41,714 nt of DNA from Deltaproteobacteria bacterium (GTDB lineage Bacteria > Desulfobacterota > GWC2-55-46), in assembly GCA_016234955.1 (NCBI GenBank), contig JACRNN010000045.1, positions 1-41,714 on the forward strand, in the 5' to 3' direction. How positions within the stretch are numbered: position 1 is the first letter of the stretch; every line of letters begins with the position of its first letter. Of this stretch, positions 26,011 through 33,489 are shown one piece after another. Position numbers and translations under genes: made by a program. Under the pieces are notes generated by a model, which was not told the origin of the DNA, searched no databases, and saw only the letters and a program-made list of their open reading frames with translations.

Positions 26011-27195
26011 CTAATACCCCCTGGCAAGAAGCTCTTTAACCGGGACCTCTCTTCTAAATAACAGATAGCTTGACCCTGACGTATTCTTGAGCGCCTCTTT
26101 GAGTTCCTTTCTCTTCATGGAAGGGTCCCGTCTCTTAACGGCGCTCTCAAAAAAACGGTTATAAAACTCATCAGGGAAGACCCAGACCTCGAAAACGAGC
26201 CGCTCGGCCTTGACAGGGCGCTTGACGCCGTAGTCGAATTCGTGGCTCTTGAACGGCGGGAGCCTGGTGTCGAAAAGTTCCTTTGAAAGGTCCAGGGTTA
26301 CTTTTCTCCCGATTACCGCCTCCTTCAAGGTGCCTTTCAATATCCTTCCCCTCGCGTCAATCAGAAAACCCTTTATTACGACAAGGGGCGTGACGTAAGT
26401 CGGGAAGTAATGGCCCACCCCGGAGTTGGTAATCCTGAGTTTCGCGCCGACGCTGTCATCTCCCACGTTACTTTCCACATCGAAGGTAACCCCGCTTTTG
26501 ACCATATCCGGGTCATGGATGCCTCTGAAAAGATGCCTCCGGCCGGGCATATGGCAGCTCTGACATGCGATATCGCCCTTTCCGTACTCGCTTTCCTTCC
26601 ATTCCATGTAAGTATTTACGAGGAGCTTCCCGTTCAAGTCAAATCCTTCGTCAAGCTGATGGCACGCGGCGCAAAACTCGGCTTTTCCAAAAAATTCGTT
26701 TTGAACCGAAGCGTGATCGGCTTTTACCGTTGCCTTGAGTCCGTCCTGGCCAGGAGAAGCCGGACCGAAGACGCCGCTCCGTCTCACATGGCATACGGCA
26801 CAGCTTACACCCGATAATTTCAGTCTTTCATCAAAAGAGCCGTTGGAAAGATATGCCTTCTCTCCCGGCTCCCGTTCATCAACGATCACTTCATTCTGCA
26901 AAGCAAGGGGCGCATGGCAGTAATAGCAGGAACCGGCTGTTTGCGGGTCGGTCTCCGGGCGTAATTGGGCAAGAAGCCCGGGCCCTACACTCTTACTGTG
27001 AAGCGCCCCTCTCCAGTCCTCGTACTGGTCCCGATGACACTTTACGCATCTCTCCGGGTAGAGGTCTTCCGCGGACCTTGAAGGGCCGGTCTTTACCGGC
27101 CTCAGCCAGTGTTCATGCGCGGCGGCTTCTCCCCCGATGGCGGGCGGAGGAGAAGTCAACGCCAAAAAAATGGTGAAAACGATTAGCTTCAGCAC
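26011..27195 (-). CDS. Periplasmic pentahaem c-type cytochrome
   Basis: A 394-aa ORF with a GTG start 13 nt after the upstream cytochrome stop. It has a signal peptide (MLKLIVFTIFLALTS...) and five CxxCH motifs: CVKCH, CYYCH, CAVCH, CAACH and CQSCH. Confidence 0.85.
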   Translation of the reverse strand: MLKLIVFTIFLALTSPPPAIGGEAAAHEHWLRPVKTGPSRSAEDLYPERCVKCHRDQYEDWRGALHSKSVGPGLLAQLRPETDPQTAGSCYYCHAPLALQNEVIVDEREPGEKAYLSNGSFDERLKLSGVSCAVCHVRRSGVFGPASPGQDGLKATVKADHASVQNEFFGKAEFCAACHQLDEGFDLNGKLLVNTYMEWKESEYGKGDIACQSCHMPGRRHLFRGIHDPDMVKSGVTFDVESNVGDDSVGAKLRITNSGVGHYFPTYVTPLVVIKGFLIDARGRILKGTLKEAVIGRKVTLDLSKELFDTRLPPFKSHEFDYGVKRPVKAERLVFEVWVFPDEFYNRFFESAVKRRDPSMKRKELKEALKNTSGSSYLLFRREVPVKELLARGY

Positions 27196-27208
27196 CTGAA
27201 CGCCCGCT

Positions 27209-27727
27209 CTACTTCATCTTGCAAGGGTTCTTTGCGCCGCACGGGTTTTTCATGCCGCAGGGATTCACAGGCGTTGCGCTCTCCCTTGAATTAGCCGTTA
27301 TATAAGCGGCAAGGGCGGTCATCTCCTGAGAGTTCCAGGCAAGCGGCTTGCCCTTCATTGGGTTTACCATGCAGAAGTTTATCATTTGGTCCATGGTAAC
27401 TATATCGCCTGTCATGTTGATATGCTTCGGGAAAGGCTCCTTTTTCAGTCCCGCTCCTTTCGGGTGGCAGGTGCCGCAGGCCGTGCCGGATGTCCCGAGC
27501 GCGGTATCACCCCACAACTTCTCACCCATCTCCTTGAGCATGGCAGAGTCCTTTATGGGATTCTTTCTGATCGGGATGCCCTTTGAGGCGCATGGATTAC
27601 CGGCCATGCAGGGGTTTTTGGAGCATGGGTTCTTGTCCCTGGCCGCCGCTCCGTCTACAAAACCCAAGGTTATAAGCATAGGGGCTATCAAAAATATTTT
27701 TAAAAGCTTCACGTAAACTGGCCGCAT
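27209..27727 (-). CDS. Monohaem c-type cytochrome with NPC hexapeptide repeats at both mature termini
   Basis: A 172-aa ORF with a strong RBS (GGAGGA) and a signal peptide. The single haem motif is CGTCH. The N-terminal tail is KNPCSKNPCMAGNPCA and the C-terminal tail is NPCGMKNPCGAKNPCKMK. The core (MDQMINFCMVNPMKGKPLAWNSQEMTALAAYI) is reminiscent of SoxA/TsdA-like domains; that comparison is from memory. Confidence 0.85.
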   Translation of the reverse strand: MRPVYVKLLKIFLIAPMLITLGFVDGAAARDKNPCSKNPCMAGNPCASKGIPIRKNPIKDSAMLKEMGEKLWGDTALGTSGTACGTCHPKGAGLKKEPFPKHINMTGDIVTMDQMINFCMVNPMKGKPLAWNSQEMTALAAYITANSRESATPVNPCGMKNPCGAKNPCKMK

Positions 27728-27779
27728 ATTTCCTCCGATTGACCGTAATATAAAACCTGATACGGCTTAAGCAACAGCC

Positions 27780-28106
27780 TTACTTAACCGCGCACGGGTT
27801 CTTCGCGGCGCATGGGTTTTTGGCCGCACACGGGTTCTTTGCCGCGCATGGGTTCGCTGTCTTGTTCATTTTCTTGCTCTTTTTCTTACTCTTCTTTGAA
27901 CAAGGGTTCTTTTTGGCGCAGGGGTTCTTGGCCGCGCACGGGTTTTTGACCGAACAAGGGTTCTGGGCGGCACAGGGGTTTTTTATCGAGCATGGATTAC
28001 CTTCTTTTGCCGATTGAACGCCCTGTGCAGGCTCGATGGCAACAGCCATGGATGCAAAGGCAAAAAAGGCTACAACGGCTATCAAAGCGCCTAATTTCTT
28101 TTTCAT
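27780..28106 (-). CDS. Secreted cysteine-repeat protein: signal peptide + 10 x NPCxx[KQ] hexapeptides
   Basis: Track ORF trimmed to the ATG at 28106, with AAGGAG upstream. The sequence is MKKKLGALIAVVAFFAFASMAVA-IEPAQGVQSAKEG-NPCSIK NPCAAQ NPCSVK NPCAAK NPCAKK NPCSKK-SKKKSKKMNKTA-NPCAAK NPCAAK NPCAAK NPCAVK. The repeats differ at synonymous sites. Confidence 0.8.
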   Translation of the reverse strand: MKKKLGALIAVVAFFAFASMAVAIEPAQGVQSAKEGNPCSIKNPCAAQNPCSVKNPCAAKNPCAKKNPCSKKSKKKSKKMNKTANPCAAKNPCAAKNPCAAKNPCAVK

Positions 28107-28237
28107 TTTGATTGAAATCTCCTTTCGGTTGGAATTAAGGTGCCCGTATTCAACCTCGAAGTGCAACAGAGGGAGAAGCTGCATCGATTCTGCTCTCCCA
28201 AGCGTCGCACTTCATTGTTGAACTGACGGTTGTTTTT

Positions 28238-28396
28238 TCAACAGCACTCAGCTTTTTTCTTGAAGCAACATTCGGCGGCTTTTTTGCCCGAGCCGCAGGA
28301 GCACGATTCATTTCTTCCGCAACATTCGCCGTATTTCTTGCCGGACCCGCAGGGACATGATGTGGCTAGCTTTGTTTTTTTGGTCTGTTCCGCCAT
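28238..28396 (-). CDS. 52-aa Cys-rich miniprotein with two tandem SEC-C motifs (not in ORF track)
   Basis: My own translation: MAEQTKKTKLATSCPCGSGKKYGECCGRNESCSCGSGKKAAECCFKKKAECC*. The RBS GGAGGTG lies 6 nt upstream of ATG 28396..28394. CPCGSGKKYxxCC is the SecA C-terminal metal-binding (SEC-C) signature. Confidence 0.7.
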   Translation of the reverse strand: MAEQTKKTKLATSCPCGSGKKYGECCGRNESCSCGSGKKAAECCFKKKAECC

Positions 28397-28756
28397 GGTC
28401 TTCACCTCCTTCCTGGATTTAATTTTAAAGTCTTTTTTACTTGCAACTATAAGGTTATACCCTGGTATCCTTCGCGCATCAAAGCCGAAAGACCGGGGCG
28501 CGCCATATACTCCCCGGCCATAAATGAAGCCAGAGCTTTTTCACATTCTCCACATCCTGGAGGGCTTTCTCAAAGATGGGCCGGGCCTTTCATCACCGAG
28601 GCGTTCACCCTTTTTCAGGGTGATACATACTACCTTAACCCCTTTTACGGCCCTGCCGGATTCAGGTGACGCCGCTCTTTTGCTTTTCTTCATGGAGGAA
28701 CTATATCAGAAAGATGATAGAAATGATGTAAGGCGGCTTACAAATTGAGAAAAAAA

Positions 28757-29428
28757 TCAGGCGAGATGCTTTGAAGACAGGATAAAATATTTCCCATCCA
28801 TCAGTATGTCGCCGCTCCTCTTAAGGTTGTTTAATTCAAGCGTGACCGTCTCTCTCGTGGCCCCTATAAGGCCGGCTATTTCCTTATGCGTCAGCCGAAG
28901 CTCTATCTTGCTGCCGCCATCGACCGGCACCCCGTACTTTTGGACAAGGTCTCTGAAGATGGTAATAAGCCTGGAGCGGGCATCCTTAAAAAGCATATCC
29001 ATGAAACGGCTCTCGACCCTCCTCAACCGAAGCCCTATCCACTTCGTTATGGTAAGAGACAGGTCCGGCATCTTGCCGATAAAATCCTCGAAGTCCTTCC
29101 GTCTAATGGCGCATATGTAGGAGTCTTCCATCGCCGCCGCGCTCGATTCCCTCACCTGCCCTCCGGCCACGGTCAGATCGCCGAACATGTCACCCGGCTC
29201 AAGGATATCGACTGTAAGCTCCTTTCCATCCGGTGAAAATTGCGTTATCCTGACCCTGCCTTCCTTCAGGATATAAAGAGTCTCGGCCTTATCTCCCGGG
29301 TTATAAACAAGGCCTCTTTTCTTAACATGCCTCTCCGTCAGCCTGGACGCTATCTCGCCCTTATCTCTTTCTGAAAGCCCGGAGAAGATTTTATTCGTAT
29401 TCATGTACCAGAGTCTTGTCTTATCCAT
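28757..29428 (-). CDS. Crp/Fnr-family transcriptional regulator (cNMP-binding domain + HTH)
   Basis: Track ORF trimmed to the ATG at 29428 (MDKTRLWYMNTNKIFSGLSERDK...); an alternative ATG is at 29404. Features include LYILKEGRVRI and RLTHKEIAGLIGATRETVTLELNNLKRSG. There is no N-terminal Fnr-type Cys cluster. Confidence 0.85.
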   Translation of the reverse strand: MDKTRLWYMNTNKIFSGLSERDKGEIASRLTERHVKKRGLVYNPGDKAETLYILKEGRVRITQFSPDGKELTVDILEPGDMFGDLTVAGGQVRESSAAAMEDSYICAIRRKDFEDFIGKMPDLSLTITKWIGLRLRRVESRFMDMLFKDARSRLITIFRDLVQKYGVPVDGGSKIELRLTHKEIAGLIGATRETVTLELNNLKRSGDILMDGKYFILSSKHLA

Positions 29429-29460
29429 TCCAGCCCTTCGCGGGTAGACCAGGCAAGTTT

Positions 29461-29500
29461 TTGAACATGCATAGCGGGCGCCACAGCGTTGAGGCGCTGC
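29461..29500 (-). repeat. R1-family repeat, degenerate short copy
   Basis: TTGAACATGCATAGCGGGCGCCACAGCGTTGAGGCGCTGCGGG retains the GAACATGCATAGCG module and a substituted hairpin. Confidence 0.55.
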
Positions 29501-29543
29501 GGGCCGGCCCCTGGTCCGCCGCCGGATTTTAAAAGAGTCTCCT

Positions 29544-29813
29544 TCACTCCTCCAGGAGCGTGGAAAACGTATTGTGATGCCCTTCCTCTTCCGCGAGGAT
29601 GTCGGTAAAGAGCTTGGAGGTGACCGGGTCCCCCTCCTTTTCACTGAGCGCGATTATCTCCTTGTACAGGGCGATAGCTCCTCCTCGTCCTTCTTGTTTA
29701 TCGCTATCATTTCCTTAGCCTTCTTGCACGTGCCGCCAGATGTACTGGACCGATACCTGTATCTCCCCCGCTATCGCCTCGTTCAGCCTGTCCAGCAGTT
29801 TCCTGCTCGCCAT
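29544..29813 (-). pseudogene. Decayed bacterioferritin/ferritin-like gene remnant
   Basis: My own translation: MASRKLLDRLNEAIAGEIQVSVQYIWRHVQEG, then TAA (29717..29715), then ...AIALYKEIIALSEKEGDPVTSKLFTDILAEEEGHHNTFSTLLEE*. A fragment KKAKEMIAI sits in a second frame. The N- and C-terminal helices match Bfr-like proteins, but about 60 central residues are missing. Confidence 0.6.
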
Positions 29814-29836
29814 GAATTCTACTTTGAGAAAATAAC

Positions 29837-30565
29837 TTATCCCTTCGTCTTTACTTCCGATATCAGCGCGATGAAGCCGTCTATCTTCGCCTTGACCTCG
29901 GGCGATATCTTTTCAAACATCACCCCTATCTTTATCCTGTCCACGTCCTTGCTTATGCTCCTCACCTTCCCCGTAAACCTGAACCTCTCTTCCGTGCCGG
30001 GGAACTGCGCCCGGATATCGAGGTCGGTATCCACACGTATCAGCGCGTTGAGCGCTTCGCCCCTTGCCCCGGAAGCCTTGATAAAGCACTGGCACCCTTC
30101 CCTGCTTATGTCCACTATGACCATATCGAGTATTTCATTATCGAGCATGGCCATCGCCGGCAGGACGCACTCGTGCCTCGAATCGGGCCGCGCCTTGAAC
30201 TCCTCGACCTTCGAGGGATAGGCGAGGAACATCAGCTTGCATGGGTTGGAGACGATATTGAGCACCTCGCTGTTAAAAGAGTAGACCGTGTCCTTGTATT
30301 GGAACTTGACGATGACCGGGCTCCTGGTGACCATCTCGCTCCTGAACGTCCCCATAAGGTCGTTGGGGGATAGTTTGATCAGGAGGAAACGGCCGCCGTC
30401 CATGCCCGCCAGGACGCTCCTTATGCGCAGGTTGAGGTTGACTATCTCGGCTATAAGCTCCGTGCCGAGGGTTATCGGGAGATGGACGGGCGAAGCGGCA
30501 GACCTGTCAACCTGCTGCCTCTCCGTATGTGTTTGAGAAGGCGGATTATTGGATTTGGTCTCCAT
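29837..30565 (-). CDS. YcgR-like / PilZ domain c-di-GMP receptor
   Basis: A 242-aa ORF. PilZ signatures are RPDSRHE (RxxxR-like) and VDISREGCQC (DxSxxG), preceded by a YcgR-N-like beta-barrel region. Confidence 0.75.
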   Translation of the reverse strand: METKSNNPPSQTHTERQQVDRSAASPVHLPITLGTELIAEIVNLNLRIRSVLAGMDGGRFLLIKLSPNDLMGTFRSEMVTRSPVIVKFQYKDTVYSFNSEVLNIVSNPCKLMFLAYPSKVEEFKARPDSRHECVLPAMAMLDNEILDMVIVDISREGCQCFIKASGARGEALNALIRVDTDLDIRAQFPGTEERFRFTGKVRSISKDVDRIKIGVMFEKISPEVKAKIDGFIALISEVKTKG

Positions 30566-30726
30566 ATTTCTCTTGTGTTTTTATTTTTGGATCCCTTGCG
30601 TTAACGTACGACAAAAACACGGAGAAGTAAAGTAAAAGAGGCGGGGGACCAAGCCCGCGCGCGCTCTCAAGCCCTCAATTCCAACATAGGAGGTAGAGCG
30701 GTCCGCTGGGCCGGTATTGCCGACAT

Positions 30727-30790
30727 CGGTTATCGGTTATCAGTTAAGGACAAAGACGTATTTTTACCGATAACAGACAACCGATAACCG
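30727..30790. promoter_or_regulatory. Iteron-like inverted array of GTTATCG/CGATAAC heptamers
   Basis: CGGTTATCGGTTATC (30727-30741) faces CCGATAACAGACAACCGATAACCG (30767-30790). The outer 12 nt are perfect reverse complements. It lies in the AT-rich gap between the divergent PilZ gene and ORF 31035. Confidence 0.35.
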
Positions 30791-30846
30791 AGTATGAGAC
30801 GATTAATAATCTCAGGGAGGTTCATTGTAAAAAAACCGTACATCGC

Positions 30847-30863
30847 TGTAAAGAAACTTTACA
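30847..30863. promoter_or_regulatory. Perfect 17-nt palindrome TGTAAAG-AAA-CTTTACA (operator candidate)
   Basis: Seen directly in the sequence. It is nested within a wider inverted repeat, ATTGTAAA ... TTTACAAT (30824-30866). Confidence 0.35.
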
Positions 30864-31034
30864 ATATTTCAGCTCAAAACGGAGTTTATCTTAAAAAAGA
30901 ATAGGTAAAACAGGTGGATATCAAAACACGGGGATAAGGCATGAAAATTGCTATTATCTATACGCAGACAAACAAAAATCTATGAGACATGAGTACAAAA
31001 AGTCGCTTTACGTATTGGGAAAATTGATAATTTT

Positions 31035-31250
31035 ATGAAATGGCTCTGTCACAATTTAAATAGTTTACATGTCTTCTGCAGGCTCCGTTCTTTAGGGTTC
31101 AGCAAGGAGAGGGCGTTAAGGATGTCGACACTCTGGGAGAAGATGATCCACCCCGGCCTCTATAGCATTGCCTTGAAGAACACAGACCCAATGGACCGCC
31201 GGTTCAAGAAAAAGAGCGCCAGTCTAAAAGACAGGATAAAGTCCGCTTAA
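31035..31250 (+). CDS. Hypothetical small basic protein (71 aa)
   Basis: This is the only ORF in an AT-rich island: MKWLCHNLNSLHVFCRLRSLGFSKERALRMSTLWEKMIHP... The RBS is weak. I recall similar small proteins (xLCHxLNxLHVYCRL) but cannot name a family. Confidence 0.35.
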   Translation: MKWLCHNLNSLHVFCRLRSLGFSKERALRMSTLWEKMIHPGLYSIALKNTDPMDRRFKKKSASLKDRIKSA

Positions 31251-31344
31251 CCGTAACTCCTCCTCTACTAAATATAATCGAAGCTCTCCCATTAGCCATT
31301 AGCCCGGGTCGTTGGGCTCGCGCCTCCATACACTTTCAACCCCC

Positions 31345-31380
31345 AAAAAAAAAGGGGTTGCGGCAAACGCCGCAACCCCC
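31345..31380 (-). terminator. Rho-independent terminator of the PEP-CTERM gene
   Basis: The minus strand reads GGGGTTGCGGC gttt GCCGCAACCCC followed by TTTTTTTTT. Confidence 0.75.
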
Positions 31381-31409
31381 TGATTTACATGACCGGCCCG
31401 CTTACCATG

Positions 31410-31462
31410 TTGAACATGCATAGCGAGCGCATTCCCCGCGGCTTGCTGTGGGGAGCTTCAAC
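31410..31462 (-). repeat. R1-family repeat, short copy
   Basis: TTGAACATGCATAGCGAGCGCATTCCCCGCGGCTTGCTGTGGGGAGCTTCAA lies 13 nt 3' of the PEP-CTERM gene stop. Confidence 0.8.
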
Positions 31463-31474
31463 GGCGGGCGGTGG

Positions 31475-32122
31475 TTATGCCGCCTTTTTACGTCCGGAAA
31501 ACATCTTTTTGAGAACCCCTAAGCCGAACAGACCGCCGCCGAGCAGGAGCAGGGTAGATGGCTCCGGGACCTGGCTGGCTCCGGCGCAGTCCGCGTTGGA
31601 CGTAGAGCCGCCGCTTGCCGTTCCATCGGAAACAAACCCGGAACAGTCGTTCCCGTATCTCACGTGTGCCGCAAATTGAGCGCCTTGACTGTTGGACGTG
31701 AAGGCGGCTGCCCCGCTCAGCACAAATACGATGGAACTCGATATGCCTTGCGTTCCGCCGGGGTCCTTCTCGAATTGAGCAAAAGTGCCGAATCCTGACA
31801 TGTTTTGAGTGCCCTTGTTGCAGCTCCAGCCGGTCGGACAGGTAAGGACCGACGTGGCGCTATTAAATCCGAACATATCTATCCCTATGGCTGTAAGGCT
31901 GTTTGCCGCACCCGGAAGCCACTGTATGGTCAGCGTCGTATTGCCTTGAGCGTCGGCGCCTATTGAGACGTTTATATAATCCCCACTCGAGTTGAGCTCC
32001 GTGACGTTCCAACTCGTCAATGAGACGGCGTACGCATAAGAGCTGAAAAGAAAGAATATACCGAAGAGAAACGCAACAGACATTTTTAAAGAACGTTTTT
32101 GACCCCTCATAGGCGCCTTCAT
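31475..32122 (-). CDS. PEP-CTERM sorting-domain secreted protein
   Basis: The C-terminus VPEPSTLLLLGGGLFGLGVLKK...RKK is the PEP-CTERM motif followed by a TM helix and a basic tail. The N-terminal signal peptide is ...MSVAFLFGIFFLFSSYAYA. I chose the start at ATG 32122 (GGGGG 8 nt upstream); alternatives are 32110, 32083 and 32173. Confidence 0.8.
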   Translation of the reverse strand: MKAPMRGQKRSLKMSVAFLFGIFFLFSSYAYAVSLTSWNVTELNSSGDYINVSIGADAQGNTTLTIQWLPGAANSLTAIGIDMFGFNSATSVLTCPTGWSCNKGTQNMSGFGTFAQFEKDPGGTQGISSSIVFVLSGAAAFTSNSQGAQFAAHVRYGNDCSGFVSDGTASGGSTSNADCAGASQVPEPSTLLLLGGGLFGLGVLKKMFSGRKKAA

Positions 32123-32450
32123 CCGCCAAACCCCCTTCTTTAATAGAGCTTCTAAATATAATATTATTTGCAAATATTATGCCGTCTGACAATATAAATA
32201 CAACCCAGTGATTTTACTATGCTTTTAAATATGCCCTTTTAATCGATAATCGTTATATGTAAAAAATATGGACATCTAAAACTTACGCGCCTTATTGTCT
32301 GACAGGTTACGCGATATATTTTTAGCAGGTTTTTCAATACGTTATCAATAAAACCTGTTATTTTCCGCTATATGTTTTTTTACATACGAAGCCGTCCACA
32401 TTGTCAATAAATAATACACCGTGTATCAGGAGTGAAGGCCATCCGCCGGA

Positions 32451-32486
32451 ATAATAAAAAGGGTTAGCCAAAATCGGCTAACCCCC
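32451..32486 (-). terminator. Rho-independent terminator of tRNA-Phe
   Basis: The minus strand reads GGGTTAGCC gatttt GGCTAACCC followed by TTTTTATTATT, starting 11 nt after the tRNA 3' end. Confidence 0.75.
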
Positions 32487-32495
32487 TGATTTACA

Positions 32496-32571
<76 letters not shown>

Positions 32572-32591
32572 CAAGTCTGAATAAGACAAAT

Positions 32592-32620
32592 AAGTTAATT
32601 TAAAGCACGCTTATTGTCAA
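32592..32620 (-). promoter_or_regulatory. Candidate sigma70 promoter for tRNA-Phe
   Basis: The minus strand has a perfect TTGACA (32620..32615), a 17-nt spacer, and TAACTT (32597..32592), about 20 nt upstream of the mature 5' end. Confidence 0.4.
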
Positions 32621-32635
32621 GAGGTTTTAATGTTT

Positions 32636-32740
32636 CCTTCGGGTATAATTCCTCGAAGCTTGCTTCGCAAGCTATGAACGTGAATTTCTTCGGATACCCC
32701 GGAGCTTGCTCCGGGGTGGTTCATTCCCTTTCGGGTATTG
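32636..32740. repeat. REP-like hairpin cluster (R1-related variant)
   Basis: It contains CGAAGC tt GCTTCG, CCCCGGAGC tt GCTCCGGGG (same GCTTGC-centred hairpin as R1) and three copies of TTCGG(G/A)TA. Confidence 0.55.
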
Positions 32741-32751
32741 TCTCATAACCA

Positions 32752-33489
32752 TCATCCCAGGTCGCCAAGCCTGTGCTGTATTATTGATACGCCCGCTATG
32801 GCGGCAGTCTCGGCCCTCAGTATCCTCCTGCCCAGGCTGACGGGTATGAACCCCTTTTTCACGGCCTCGTCCATATCATCCGCTGAGAAGCCGCCCTCAG
32901 GCCCGACTAAAAGCGCAATCGGGCCGTGGCTGCCCTTGCATCGCTCCAGGATATCCCCGATCCCCTGCGACCGTTCATTCTCCCAGAGGACGACCCTCAG
33001 ACCCTCTCCACGGCCCTTCAACGCAGACGCGAAGTCTACGTAATCTATATGAGGCGCCATTGTCCTGCCGCACTGCTTGGCGGCCTCTATCGCCACCCTG
33101 CGCCACCTCTGTACCCTGTCCCTCGCCTTCCCTTCGTCAAGGGCGGGCACAGTCCTCGGCGCGGAGTAGAAACATATCCTCTTTACCCCGAGCTCCGTCG
33201 TCTTCTGTACTATCATCTCGGGCTTATCGCCCTTCAAAAGCCCCTGGACGAGCGTCAAGTCAAGGGCGCTCTCCCCTTCGTTGAGAGAAGAGCCCTCTAC
33301 CGTCACAACGGCATTGTCCATGCCAACCGACTCTATCCTGCCGGAGAGCTTGAGCCCCTTGCCGTTAAAGACCGACACCGCGCTTCCGGGCTTGAGCCTG
33401 AGCGCCTTTTTAAGGTGCGTGAACTCCGTGCCGGCTATCCGGACGGTAGCGTCATCCGCCTTGATATCTTCAACGAAGAACCATCTCAT
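32752..33489 (-). CDS. rsmE: 16S rRNA (uracil1498-N3)-methyltransferase RsmE
   Basis: Track ORF trimmed to the ATG at 33489 (MRWFFVED...), which overlaps the prmA stop (ATGA). Features include LVQGLLKGDKPEMIVQKTTELGV and LLVGPEGGFSADDMD...SLGRRILRAETAAI. Confidence 0.85.
   Translation of the reverse strand: MRWFFVEDIKADDATVRIAGTEFTHLKKALRLKPGSAVSVFNGKGLKLSGRIESVGMDNAVVTVEGSSLNEGESALDLTLVQGLLKGDKPEMIVQKTTELGVKRICFYSAPRTVPALDEGKARDRVQRWRRVAIEAAKQCGRTMAPHIDYVDFASALKGRGEGLRVVLWENERSQGIGDILERCKGSHGPIALLVGPEGGFSADDMDEAVKKGFIPVSLGRRILRAETAAIAGVSIIQHRLGDLG

Noticed and set aside
27783-27960. An 18-bp tandem periodicity that could be taken for a CRISPR or minisatellite array.
   Set aside because: The period is a coding hexapeptide (NPCxxK) within an ORF that has a signal peptide and RBS. 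There are no spacers and no cas genes.
28131-28145. A sigma54-like element, GGGCAC-N5-TTCC, upstream of the NPC-repeat gene.
   Set aside because: The -12 element reads TTCC instead of the near-invariant TTGC, and no enhancer-binding protein gene is adjacent. The evidence is too weak to call.
28230-28523. A 97-aa plus-strand track ORF (MFFQQHSAFFLKQHS...).
   Set aside because: It is the reverse-strand shadow of the 52-aa SEC-C miniprotein gene (28238..28396, minus). That gene has a strong RBS and a known motif, whereas the plus-strand product is implausible.
28524-28748. A 74-aa plus-strand ORF, and a possible 50-aa minus-strand ORF starting at 28693, in the gap between the Crp-family and SEC-C genes.
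   Set aside because: Neither has a convincing RBS (the minus-strand ATG is preceded by TCCTCC) or recognisable motifs. I left the region as non-coding or regulatory.
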